Positions 1-8,987 of a stretch of DNA of 43,860 nt are shown here, piece by piece. Made by a program: the position numbers and the translations under genes. The notes beneath the pieces were generated by a model. The model was not told where the DNA came from. It saw only the letters and a program-made list of their open reading frames with translations, and did no database searches. This DNA comes from an uncultured bacterium. GTDB lineage: Bacteria; Lernaellota; Lernaellaia; Lernaellales; Lernaellaceae. The stretch covers positions 1 through 43,860 of the forward strand of contig CAZHPN010000028.1 of the NCBI GenBank assembly GCA_964534375.1. The letters are read 5' to 3'. Numbering within the stretch: the first letter of the stretch is position 1; each line of letters begins with the position of its first letter.

Positions 1-2
1 CG

Positions 3-71
3 GACGTGTTCGCGGTGGGCGGCGGGATTCTGCATTACAATGGCTCGTCCTGGACGGCAATGCCAGTCTAA
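3..71 (+). CDS. 3' end of a beta-propeller repeat protein (partial; paralog of the gene at 42039-43860)
   Basis: Reads DVFAVGGGILHYNGSSWTAMPV*, the same repeat unit as the protein at the other window end; absent from the ORF track because truncated. Confidence 0.85.
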   Translation, partial: DVFAVGGGILHYNGSSWTAMPV

Positions 72-188
72 TTGGATGCGAGCTGGGCGCCTCGCCGACG
101 GAGATAATCGCCGACGGCGACCTTCGCAGCGCGTTGATTTCGTACGACTATCGCTCGATTTCTTGTTTTGACGCAGTGATATTTGTGA

Positions 189-597
189 CAGCCGCAGATT
201 GCTTGGCGCGGCGGCGCCGCAACCCAAACAAGCCCGTTTTACGGGCGTAGGTTATTAGCCCAGGAATTTATTCCTGGGCACGCGCGCGGCACGGCGCCGC
301 CCGCTTCCGCAACCCATGAAATGGGTGCAGGCGCCAGCGCAGGAATTCATTCCTGCTCCCGTTTTTTTACCCCGCTTGCGGGATGAATTCCCGCGGCGAC
401 CACCTGCACCCGCTGCACGGGTTGCGGTCCGGCAATGAATGTTTGTGGACGCGCGAATCCCAGCGATGAAATCGCTGGGCTATTTACCTCCGCCCCTCCG
501 GGGCTTTAATCGCGGCGAAACGCTTGGCGCGAAATCTGCGGCCATTTGCGCAATCCGTGGCAAAAACCTTTGATTGCGTCCTCCGGCCGCGCTGCGA
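189..597. repeat. Nested inverted REP/MITE-like palindromic cluster
   Basis: 231-279 (agcccgttttacgggcgtaggttattagcccaggaatttattcctggg) is an imperfect inverted copy of 459-505; 307-356 is an inverted copy of 378-427; gccgcagatt (191-200) pairs with aatctgcggc (533-542). Confidence 0.75.
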
Positions 598-610
598 AAA
601 GCGCTGCGCC

Positions 611-800
611 CTACTCGCCTCGGACAGACCCGGCGATGAGGTCGCCGGCGGCGCTGGTGCTGCAAGCCCATCTTATGAACGTCGAGGCCCTTGAGGTCGC
701 GGGCGATGGCCCGGGCGACGGCGCGGTCGATCGTCGCCGTGGCGTCGGCCTGCCCGAGGTGTTCGAACAGCATCCGGCCGGCGTTGATGGCGGCGCTGCC
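611..800 (-). pseudogene. Frameshifted C-terminal remnant of an isopropylmalate/isocitrate dehydrogenase family gene
   Basis: SAAINAGRMLFEHLGQADATATIDRAVARAIARDLKGLDVHKMG continues after a +1 shift near 664 as STSAAGDLIAG*, resembling the family's C-terminal MLEHLG...ST.E.GD region; N-terminus absent. Confidence 0.6.
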
Positions 801-929
801 CTCGGGGAACGTCCGCAGCTTCCCGGCCGGCAAAGAAATGTTTGCGCGCGGGCGGGTCTTTGTTTAGTATGCGTCAAAACGAGCGCCGGCGCGGTCCCGC
901 CGGCGGACCCGGCGGAAAGGGGCGGCAAC

Positions 930-1490
930 GTGCGCATCACGGGCGGCGCGTTGCGCGGCCGGCGGATTCATACGCCGGCCTCGCCGCATTTGCGGCCGGC
1001 GCTGGAACGCCCGCGCGAGGCGATCTTCGACATTTTGCGCGAACGGATGCGCGACGCGGTCGTGCTCGACGCGTTCGCCGGCACGGGCCTGCTGGGCCTG
1101 GAGAGCCTGTCGCGCGGCGCGGCGAAGGCGGTGTTCGTCGAGTTGCACAAGCCGACCGTGCACTTTCTCGAGACGCTGTTGCGCGAGTGGGATCTGACCG
1201 ACCGTTCGCGGGTATTCGCGGCGGATTTCTTGCGCGTGGCGCCGGCGCTGGTTCGGGAAGGCCCGTTCGACGTGGTGTTCGTCGATCCGCCGTACCCGAA
1301 GTTGCTCGCCGACGCCGTGTTGCAGACGGTGGCGAGATTGCGGCTGCTTGGCGCGGCGGGCGTGGTTGTTGTAAAGATGCATCACAAGCACGCGCTGACG
1401 CCGCCGCCGGAATTGGCGGTGCGCGACGAGCGGCAATACGGCGATTCCAAAGTGGTTTTTCTGGGGTGGAAAGCGGAAGGCGAAGCATGA
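930..1490 (+). CDS. rsmD: 16S rRNA (guanine966-N2) methyltransferase
   Basis: GTG start MRITGG, LDAFAGTG SAM motif, LESLSRGA, DPPY motif; canonical position upstream of coaD. Confidence 0.93.
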   Translation: MRITGGALRGRRIHTPASPHLRPALERPREAIFDILRERMRDAVVLDAFAGTGLLGLESLSRGAAKAVFVELHKPTVHFLETLLREWDLTDRSRVFAADFLRVAPALVREGPFDVVFVDPPYPKLLADAVLQTVARLRLLGAAGVVVVKMHHKHALTPPPELAVRDERQYGDSKVVFLGWKAEGEA

Positions 1491-1984
1491 CAAAGCTGGC
1501 GGTTTACCCGGGAAGTTTCGATCCGATCACCTACGGCCACGTGGATTTGATCAAACGCGCGCGCGGCGTGTTCGACAATCTGCGCATCGCCGTCGCCGTC
1601 AACCCGCGCAAGAAAACGCTGTTCTCGCCGGAAGAGCGGGTCGAGCTGATTCGCGAATCGCTGGGCGATGACAAGATTCACGTGGAAACTTTTTCCGACT
1701 TGCTCGTGCAATATCTGACGCGCATCGGCGCCAAGGTGGTCGTGCGCGGCCTGCGCGCGATTTCCGATTTCGATTACGAGTTTTCCATGGCCATCACCAA
1801 CCGCAATTTGAACGCCGACATCGAGACGCTGTTCCTGATGGCCAGCGAACCGTACATCTATTTGTCGTCCAGCATGGTGAAGGAAATCGTTTACTTCGGC
1901 GGCGACGTCTCGTCGATGGTGCCGCCGTACGTGTTGCGCAAAATGCAGGAGAAAATGTCCGCCATTCAAACGGATCATCTGTGA
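1487..1984 (+). CDS. coaD: Phosphopantetheine adenylyltransferase
   Basis: AVYPGSFDPITYGH, RGLRAISDFDYE, SSSMVKE; ATGA overlap with the rsmD stop. Confidence 0.97.
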   Translation: MTKLAVYPGSFDPITYGHVDLIKRARGVFDNLRIAVAVNPRKKTLFSPEERVELIRESLGDDKIHVETFSDLLVQYLTRIGAKVVVRGLRAISDFDYEFSMAITNRNLNADIETLFLMASEPYIYLSSSMVKEIVYFGGDVSSMVPPYVLRKMQEKMSAIQTDHL

Positions 1985-2036
1985 GGCGTTTCCGAACCGT
2001 TCGCCGATCCTTGCTTTCACCACGGAGGACCCGCTC

Positions 2037-3227
2037 ATGAAACTGTCGCAACGCGTCGCCAAACTTACGCCGTCGATCACCATGGCTGTCTCGGCCAAGG
2101 CCAAGGCGTTGCAAGCGCAGGGTTTCGACGTGATCGATTTCGGCGCCGGCGAACCGGATTTCGACACCCCCGCGTTCATCCGCGAGGCCGCGATCAAGGC
2201 GATGCAGTCGGGCATGACCCGCTACACGCCGCCCAACGGTCTGCTGGCGCTGCGCCAGGCCGTGGCGGATTCCTATCGCGCCGAGCACGGGCTGAACTAC
2301 GCGGCGAACAACGTGGTGATCACCTGCGGCGCGAAACAAGCGTTGTTCAACTTGTTTCAACTGCTTCTCGACCCCGGCGATGAGGTGATCGTGCCCGCGC
2401 CGTATTGGGTCAGCTACCCCGAAATGATCTGGCTGGCCGGCGGCGTGGCGAAGATCGTCGACACGACCGAGGCGACATCGTTCCGCGTCACCGCCGACCA
2501 ACTGCGCGCCGCGATTACCCCGCGGACGAAGGCGCTGCTGCTCAATTATCCGTCCAACCCGACGGGCGCGGCGTATTCCCGCGCCGACCTGGCGGCGCTC
2601 GCGGCGGTCCTCGTCGACCGCGATATTTGGACGATTTCCGACGAAGTCTACGAGTATTTGATTTACGACAACTTCAAGTTCGTCTGTTTCCCGACCGTGA
2701 ACGACAAACTGGCGGCGCGGACGGTTGTGGTCTCGGGCGCTTCCAAGACGTATGCGATGACCGGCTGGCGCATCGGCTGGGCGGTTGGCCCGGCCGACAT
2801 CATCGAGATGATGAGCCGCTTCCAGAGCCAGTCGACGTCGAATGCGACGAGCTTCGCGCAGGCGGGGGCGATCGCGGCGCTGAAGAGCCCGCGCGACTGG
2901 TTTGCGCCGATGCACGCGGAATACGTGGCCCGGCGGGACTACATGGTGGACCGGCTGAACGCCCTGCCCGGCGTGCAGTGCTTCAAGCCGGAAGGCGCGT
3001 TTTACGTTTTCCCGCGCGTCGATTCGTACTACGGGAAATCGGCCAACGGCAAAGCGATCGACGGCTCGCTGGCGATGTGCGACTACCTCATCGAGCAGGC
3101 GAAAATCGCGGCGACGCCCGGCGTCGGCTTTGGGCAGGACGCGAACATCCGTCTCAGCTACGCGACGAGCATGGCGCAAATCGAGGCCGGCCTGGATCGT
3201 TTGGAAAGGGCGCTCGCTGCGTTGTAG
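2037..3227 (+). CDS. PLP-dependent aminotransferase class I/II (aspartate aminotransferase-like)
   Basis: GEPDFDTP, NYPSNPTG, SDEVY, SKTYAMTGWRIG; GGAGG RBS. Confidence 0.93.
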   Translation: MKLSQRVAKLTPSITMAVSAKAKALQAQGFDVIDFGAGEPDFDTPAFIREAAIKAMQSGMTRYTPPNGLLALRQAVADSYRAEHGLNYAANNVVITCGAKQALFNLFQLLLDPGDEVIVPAPYWVSYPEMIWLAGGVAKIVDTTEATSFRVTADQLRAAITPRTKALLLNYPSNPTGAAYSRADLAALAAVLVDRDIWTISDEVYEYLIYDNFKFVCFPTVNDKLAARTVVVSGASKTYAMTGWRIGWAVGPADIIEMMSRFQSQSTSNATSFAQAGAIAALKSPRDWFAPMHAEYVARRDYMVDRLNALPGVQCFKPEGAFYVFPRVDSYYGKSANGKAIDGSLAMCDYLIEQAKIAATPGVGFGQDANIRLSYATSMAQIEAGLDRLERALAAL

Positions 3228-3378
3228 AAAGATCACGACACGGGCCACAACCGCCTGTGTTGTTTTTCAACAGCGGCGGCGGCCAGTTGGCGAAAATTTT
3301 TACAAGCAACGATTCGTTGACTTCTTGGACGGAACTCGGGTAGTCTAACCGCCGTTCTAATCCGGGAGCGTTCCAATT

Positions 3379-5427
3379 ATGCCGCTGAAACCATTGCGCC
3401 GCCGGCTGATTCTAATTTTTTGCGCGCTGGGACTCTGCCTCGCCCTGAATATTGCGTGGGCGGCCGCGCCGCCAGCCCCGCCGGCGGCGAAGCCGACCGC
3501 CGAGGATTGCCTCGGCTGCCATGACGGCACGATCGAAAAAACCGCGGCGGCGGATCGCGCCGGCATGGTCGAAGCCGTACCGCCGGATTGGAAACCGTCC
3601 GGGGCCAAGGCCGACTCGCAACGCGCCGGCGTGTCGCTCAAGATCGACCTCGGAAAAATGAAGAAGAGCGTGCACGGCGCGAGTTGCGACAATTGCCACG
3701 GCGACATCGCAAAGCTGCCGCACGCGGCGAAGGCGCAGCCCGTCAACTGCGGCGCCTGCCACAGCGAGGCGCAGGAGCCGTACGCCAAGTCGGCGCACGG
3801 CCAGGCCGCGAAAAAAGGCCAAAAATTCGCCGCGACCTGCGCCGATTGCCACGGCGGGCACGACATTCTCTCGTCGTCCGATCCGGCCGCGCGCACGAAC
3901 CGCGAAAACATGTCGAAGGTTTGCGGCGAGTGCCATGTTGCCGGGCGGGTCCTGGCGCGCCGCGGCGAAGCGCCTTACGACGAATGGCGCACGAGCATTC
4001 ACGGGCAGCAGAAAGACGGCAAGCACGTCAACGCCGCGTGCAACGATTGCCATGACAGCCACGCGGTGGAATACGAAGGCGGCCGAACCGCAAAGGCGAA
4101 CATCGCCGCGTTGTGCGGCAAGTGCCACAAACAGGAACGCCAGGATTTCGAAACCGGCATTCACGGGACGGCGTTGGCCCGCGGCAATCTTTCCAGCCCG
4201 ACGTGCACCGATTGCCACGGAACGCACGGCGTCCGCGGGCGACGCGACCCCGCTTCTCAGGTCTACGGGTTCCGCAGTGTCCAGAACGTTTGCGGCGAAT
4301 GCCACCAGGCCGAACGCGTCAACAACCGGTTCGGCATTCGGATGACCGCCGAGAGCTACCGCAGCAGTTATCATGGTCTGGCCCAGGCGAAAGGCGACGT
4401 CCGCGCGGCCGATTGCGCGAGTTGCCACGGAGCCCACGCGATTCTGGAAAGCACCGATGCGCGCAGCAGCATCAACCCGGCGCACCTGGCCGAAACCTGC
4501 GGCAAATGCCACCCGGGGATCGGGCAGGGCGTGCTGGCCGGCCGGGTCCATCCGGAACTGCGCCGCGACGCGGGCTCGTTCGGCGAAAAGGCGCAGTACT
4601 GGGTGCGGTGGCTTTACCTCGGCCTGATCCCGGCCGTGCTCGGGTTCATGTTTTTCCATAACTTCATCGACTGGTTCGCCAAGATCCGCGCCCACCTGCG
4701 GCGGATGCGGGCGATGGGCGTCCACGAACGCCTGACGCGCGGCGAACGCCTTCAGCACATCGTGCTGCTATGCAGCTTCTCGACGCTGGCCGTCACCGGT
4801 TTCGCCCTGGTGTTCGGCTGGAGGATTCCGGGCATCTCCGGCGAGTTGAATGAAACGATCCGCGCTTACCTCCACCGCGCGGCGGCGCTGGCAATGATCG
4901 GTTGGGCGGCGTATCACACGGTCTGGGCGATGTTCACCAAGCGCGGACGCGGGTATTTTCTGGCGATGATGCCCACGATGAAAGACGCTTACGACATGGT
5001 TTATCTGATGGCGTACAACCTCGGACTGCGGCGCCAGAAGCCGAAGTTCGACCGCTTCAGCTACATCGAAAAAATGGAATATCTCGCGATGGTGTGGGGC
5101 ACGGTCGTGATGGCGGTGACGGGCCTCATTCTCTGGTTGCCGCGGCTGTTCTTGCGCGCGATGCCGCTGTGGGCCTTCGACGTCGCCAATATCGTCCATT
5201 ACATGGAAGCGATTCTGGCGACGCTGGCGATCATTATCTGGCATTTTTACTCCGTCCTGTTCAACCCGGAAGTGACGCCGATGGCGACGCAGTGGCTGAC
5301 CGGCACGTTGACCGCCGAGGAAATGGAGCACGAACACGCCCTCGAGTGGGAGCGGCTCCAGCGCGAACAGCGCGCCGCGGCCGGACCGGCCGAACCGCCC
5401 GCCGAGCCGGGTGACGACCCGGCGTAG
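3379..5427 (+). CDS. Multiheme cytochrome c fused to a membrane cytochrome b domain (CbcL-like architecture)
   Basis: Signal peptide, 11 CxxCH motifs, then several TM helices with His ligands (LQH, YLHR, IVHY, IWHF). Confidence 0.88.
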   Translation: MPLKPLRRRLILIFCALGLCLALNIAWAAAPPAPPAAKPTAEDCLGCHDGTIEKTAAADRAGMVEAVPPDWKPSGAKADSQRAGVSLKIDLGKMKKSVHGASCDNCHGDIAKLPHAAKAQPVNCGACHSEAQEPYAKSAHGQAAKKGQKFAATCADCHGGHDILSSSDPAARTNRENMSKVCGECHVAGRVLARRGEAPYDEWRTSIHGQQKDGKHVNAACNDCHDSHAVEYEGGRTAKANIAALCGKCHKQERQDFETGIHGTALARGNLSSPTCTDCHGTHGVRGRRDPASQVYGFRSVQNVCGECHQAERVNNRFGIRMTAESYRSSYHGLAQAKGDVRAADCASCHGAHAILESTDARSSINPAHLAETCGKCHPGIGQGVLAGRVHPELRRDAGSFGEKAQYWVRWLYLGLIPAVLGFMFFHNFIDWFAKIRAHLRRMRAMGVHERLTRGERLQHIVLLCSFSTLAVTGFALVFGWRIPGISGELNETIRAYLHRAAALAMIGWAAYHTVWAMFTKRGRGYFLAMMPTMKDAYDMVYLMAYNLGLRRQKPKFDRFSYIEKMEYLAMVWGTVVMAVTGLILWLPRLFLRAMPLWAFDVANIVHYMEAILATLAIIIWHFYSVLFNPEVTPMATQWLTGTLTAEEMEHEHALEWERLQREQRAAAGPAEPPAEPGDDPA

Positions 5428-5486
5428 AGGCGCTGCCGACTCCGCGGTCCCCGACGTATTTTCCATGGCCACCCGTCTCGCATTTC

Positions 5487-5495
5487 TGGTATAAT
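5487..5495 (+). promoter_or_regulatory. Extended -10 promoter element
   Basis: TGgTATAAT about 110 bp upstream of ATG 5607. Confidence 0.5.
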
Positions 5496-5606
5496 CGTTT
5501 CGACCAACGTTTAGGACGCTTGCGGTATTGGGTGTCGAGGGAGGTACGGGAGCGAATTTCGCCGGGGGATTCCGGGCGGCGGAACCCACGGTTGGGGGAG
5601 GTCAAC

Positions 5607-8186
5607 ATGGACAGAAAGTGTTGTCGGGCTTTCACGTGCGTGTTTTTGACATTCCTGCTTTTGCCGGCGATGAGGGGCGCGGCCTTGGCGCAGACGCCGC
5701 CCTTCGCCATTACCGTCGCGGAGAATCCGATGGGCGCCGGCCCGGGAGCGACGATCCAATTTTCGTTGACGCTCACCAACTACACGGCGGCGGCGATCAG
5801 CGTCCAAATGACCTGCACGGAATCGGCCGGTTGGGGCGCCTCCGGCCCCGCGACCGTTGACGCGGCCGCCGGGCAGAGCGCCCCGTTCGCGGTCACGGTC
5901 AGCGTGCCAGTCCATTATCCGCCGGTTGCCGAGAACATTCAGGTGAGCGGGAGCGCCAACGGTTCGCAGGCGTCAATCCTGCTGACGGCCGAATACTCGT
6001 GGACGAAAATCAGCTCCCTCCCGGTCGGGTTGGCCTTTCACAATGTCGTCTTCGACGGCGGAAGCAAGTTGTTTTATATCGTCGGCGGCTTCACCGATGC
6101 GTCGCTGACGCACAACACCGTGATGTACAGCTACGACCCGGCCGCCGACCAGTACAGCAGCGCGCTGGCCGCGCCGCCGACGCCGGTCGGATACGCCGGC
6201 GCGTGCACGATGAACGGCGTCATTTATTTGGTGGGCGGGCAGAACGCGTCCAGCGGGATATCCAACCAACTGCAAATTTACAGCATCGCCGGCGACCAAT
6301 GGACCGCCGGACCCGCGATGCCGCAAGGCTTGATCGGGGCGGGCGTCGCCTGCGATTCGACGAACGGTCGCGTCTGGGTTGCCGGCGGCAGCACGGGCGA
6401 AAATGGGGATGTTCAAGATCTCCTTTACTACGACATCAACGCCAAGGATTGGGTGTCGAGCGGACTTGCGTCGATCCCGGCGGTTCACACCTCCGGCGTC
6501 AAGCTGGAATTCTACATCGACGAGGGCGTGCAGCTTTACTATGCCGGCGGCGGCAAGTGGGGTTATTATAATGCAGGCGGCAACTCCTGGTCGCTCGCCG
6601 ATTGCGATGTGCTGTGGCGCTACTGGTCGGCCGCCGATTTGCAATTCCAAAACAGCGTGGACATTCCGACATTCATGACGGTCGCCGGCTCGATGTCGGA
6701 GACGGAGTGGACGGCCGACTACGACACGTCGCTGATGCGGCAGTTCAACGGCAGCCTGGATTGGTTGGTCGACGACGTCGCCCTGTTCAACGCCGTCGTA
6801 GGCGCCGACGGCCGCTACGACCAGAACGGCTTCTTTCACTTGTTCGGCGGGTACAACGATCAACTCGTCGTCACCTCCGACGCCTACGCCTATTGCTGGG
6901 GCTGCATCGTCGGCGGCGTCTGCTATCCGATCAATTCGACGAATCCGAGGAACTCGTGTCAGGTGTGTTCGGTCAACTTGACCTCGTTGGCCTGGACGAC
7001 CAACCCCGACGGCTCGCCGTGCGACGATGGGATTTATTGCAACGGCGTCGACACTTGCCTCAAGGGCGCGTGCGTGCACTCGGGCAATCCGTGCACGGCC
7101 ATTTCCACGTTTTGCCAACCGCTAACCTGCGACGAAGCGAAGCAGATGTGCGTGCCCGGCCCCGACCCCTGCATGCCGCCGTATTTGTGCGATCCGCAAA
7201 CCAGCTCTTGCGTCATGGGCTGCACGGGGTGCCAGATCGCCGGCGCGTGCTACGGCGATGGCCAGACCGATCCCGCGAACGTTTGCCTGAAATGCGACGT
7301 GGCGGCCGACCCGACCGGCTGGACGAACAACGACGGCGCCGAGTGCGACGACGGCATCTTCTGCAATGGAACCGACGCCTGTTTGGGCGGCGCTTGCTCG
7401 GTGCACAGCGGCGACCCGTGCGTGGGCGGCGGCAGTTTTTGCACCGGCGTCGAGGTCTGCGACGAGGCCAACAAACGGTGCGACTTTTCGGGCAATCCCT
7501 GCCCGCCGCCGTTGATTTGCGATTCGGCGACCGACAGTTGCGTGTCGAGTTGCAGCAACGGTTGCGTAATCGACAGCGTGTGCTGGCCGGAAGGCGCCAC
7601 GCAGCCCGGCAACCCCTGCTTGATTTGCCACGCCGCGCAAAATCCGACCGGTTGGACGGACAACGACGGCGCCGCGTGCGACGACGGCGTGTTCTGCAAC
7701 GGCCGCGACACGTGCCTGGGCGGATCCTGTTCCGTGCACTCCGGCGATCCGTGCCCCGACGACGGCATCTGGTGCGACGGCACGGAATACTGCGATGAAG
7801 CCACCGCGTCGTGCGGGCACACCGGAAATCCTTGCCCGCCGGGCACGATCTGCGACGAAAAGACCAAGTCGTGCGATCCGGCCGACGACGACGTGTCGCC
7901 CGACGACGATGACGATGATAACGACGACGTGACGCCCGACGACGATGACGATGATAACGACGACGCGACGCCCGACGACGATGACGACGATAACGACGAC
8001 GTGACGCCGGCCGACGACGACAATGACGATGACGCGTCGCCCGACGACGATTCCTCGCCCGATGACGACTCCTCGCCCGACGACGATTCGTCCCGCGCGG
8101 ACGACGATATCGTTGTGCCCGACGACGACGCGTCGCCCGAGAAGCCGCGGCAAAATCCGAAAATTTCCAGCGGTTGCGGCTGCTGA
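5607..8186 (+). CDS. Secreted protein: Ig-like domain, Kelch propeller, three Cys-rich repeats, Asp-rich linker, C-terminal GCGC
   Basis: GGGGAGG RBS, signal peptide, Kelch motifs (YIVGG, YLVGG, WVAGG), 3x CDDG(I/V)xCNGxDxC units, DDDDDDNDD tract, ends SSGCGC*. Confidence 0.85.
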   Translation: MDRKCCRAFTCVFLTFLLLPAMRGAALAQTPPFAITVAENPMGAGPGATIQFSLTLTNYTAAAISVQMTCTESAGWGASGPATVDAAAGQSAPFAVTVSVPVHYPPVAENIQVSGSANGSQASILLTAEYSWTKISSLPVGLAFHNVVFDGGSKLFYIVGGFTDASLTHNTVMYSYDPAADQYSSALAAPPTPVGYAGACTMNGVIYLVGGQNASSGISNQLQIYSIAGDQWTAGPAMPQGLIGAGVACDSTNGRVWVAGGSTGENGDVQDLLYYDINAKDWVSSGLASIPAVHTSGVKLEFYIDEGVQLYYAGGGKWGYYNAGGNSWSLADCDVLWRYWSAADLQFQNSVDIPTFMTVAGSMSETEWTADYDTSLMRQFNGSLDWLVDDVALFNAVVGADGRYDQNGFFHLFGGYNDQLVVTSDAYAYCWGCIVGGVCYPINSTNPRNSCQVCSVNLTSLAWTTNPDGSPCDDGIYCNGVDTCLKGACVHSGNPCTAISTFCQPLTCDEAKQMCVPGPDPCMPPYLCDPQTSSCVMGCTGCQIAGACYGDGQTDPANVCLKCDVAADPTGWTNNDGAECDDGIFCNGTDACLGGACSVHSGDPCVGGGSFCTGVEVCDEANKRCDFSGNPCPPPLICDSATDSCVSSCSNGCVIDSVCWPEGATQPGNPCLICHAAQNPTGWTDNDGAACDDGVFCNGRDTCLGGSCSVHSGDPCPDDGIWCDGTEYCDEATASCGHTGNPCPPGTICDEKTKSCDPADDDVSPDDDDDDNDDVTPDDDDDDNDDATPDDDDDDNDDVTPADDDNDDDASPDDDSSPDDDSSPDDDSSRADDDIVVPDDDASPEKPRQNPKISSGCGC
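7884..8130 (+). repeat. Coding tandem repeats producing the Asp-rich linker
   Basis: About three 36-bp units (PDDDDDDNDDVT) then three 18-bp units (PDDDSS). Confidence 0.85.
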
Positions 8187-8348
8187 CAAAGGTTCTTCTG
8201 CGCTGACGGCGGCCGTCCGAATGCGGGCGGCCATTTTTCTGGCTGCGGCCGGCGAACGCTTGCCGCCGCAATCGGAAGCGGTCATACTTTCGCCGGCCAT
8301 TCGAATCCACAAAACGGCGCCGCGGCGACCGGAAAGGAAATGGAGCGG

Positions 8349-8933
8349 ATGATTCGTCCGTTGGTGTTGAGTCTGCTGCTGGTGTGCCTCGCCGCGGGCG
8401 CCGTTGGGGCGACGCAGGTCGGCGAGGATTACTGGATTTCCGTCGGTCTGTATCCCGTGGTCGCGGCCCAATACCAAATCAAGGCGGACCCCGCCGGAAA
8501 ACGCGCCGATGCCTTGCTCGGCGGCGGCTTTGGCGTCGGCCACGCCAGCGGGTTCGCTTGGCAAGCGCTGATCGAAGGCGGCGGACTGCCTGTCGAGGAT
8601 GCGGGCCAGTTTCGTCTCGAGGGCCGCGTCGGCTATTACTATGTGACGATCGGGCCGTCGTTCGCCGACACGGTCGCGCCGCGGACGTTGCCGACCCTCG
8701 GGCCGGCCGTTGCTTTCGATTGGCCGTTTTTATTCGGCGGCGAGCAACAGCCCACGGCGCGGGTGCACCAACTCGGCGTGTTTTATCGCCTGGATCTGCC
8801 GGTCGGCAAAAATTCAAGAGATTTCCAATTGCGGCAGCAGCTCGGCGTGCGTTTCCTGTTCGACCTGCCCGAGTTGCGCCGCATGTTTCTGCATACGGAT
8901 ACTCCGTGGCCGGGACCGTTCTTGAATCACTGA
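8349..8933 (+). CDS. Hypothetical exported protein, possibly small beta-barrel
   Basis: GGAG RBS, signal peptide, alternating aromatic/Gly strands (RVGYYY, LGVFYR, LGVRFLF). Confidence 0.6.
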   Translation: MIRPLVLSLLLVCLAAGAVGATQVGEDYWISVGLYPVVAAQYQIKADPAGKRADALLGGGFGVGHASGFAWQALIEGGGLPVEDAGQFRLEGRVGYYYVTIGPSFADTVAPRTLPTLGPAVAFDWPFLFGGEQQPTARVHQLGVFYRLDLPVGKNSRDFQLRQQLGVRFLFDLPELRRMFLHTDTPWPGPFLNH

Positions 8934-8987
8934 CGCCGACGACGCGCGGGCAAGAATGATCGTCGGCAGCCGCCATTGGCGCACGTC

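Noticed and set aside
546..1486. Long N-terminal extensions of rsmD (from 546) and coaD (from 842)
   Set aside because: Homology starts at 930 and 1487; the extensions are GC-rich open frames
8184..8348. TGA after GCGC is in frame with the next ORF with no intervening stop (possible Sec or readthrough)
   Set aside because: The intervening peptide is not protein-like, the next gene has its own RBS and signal peptide, no SECIS is evident, and open frames are common at this GC content
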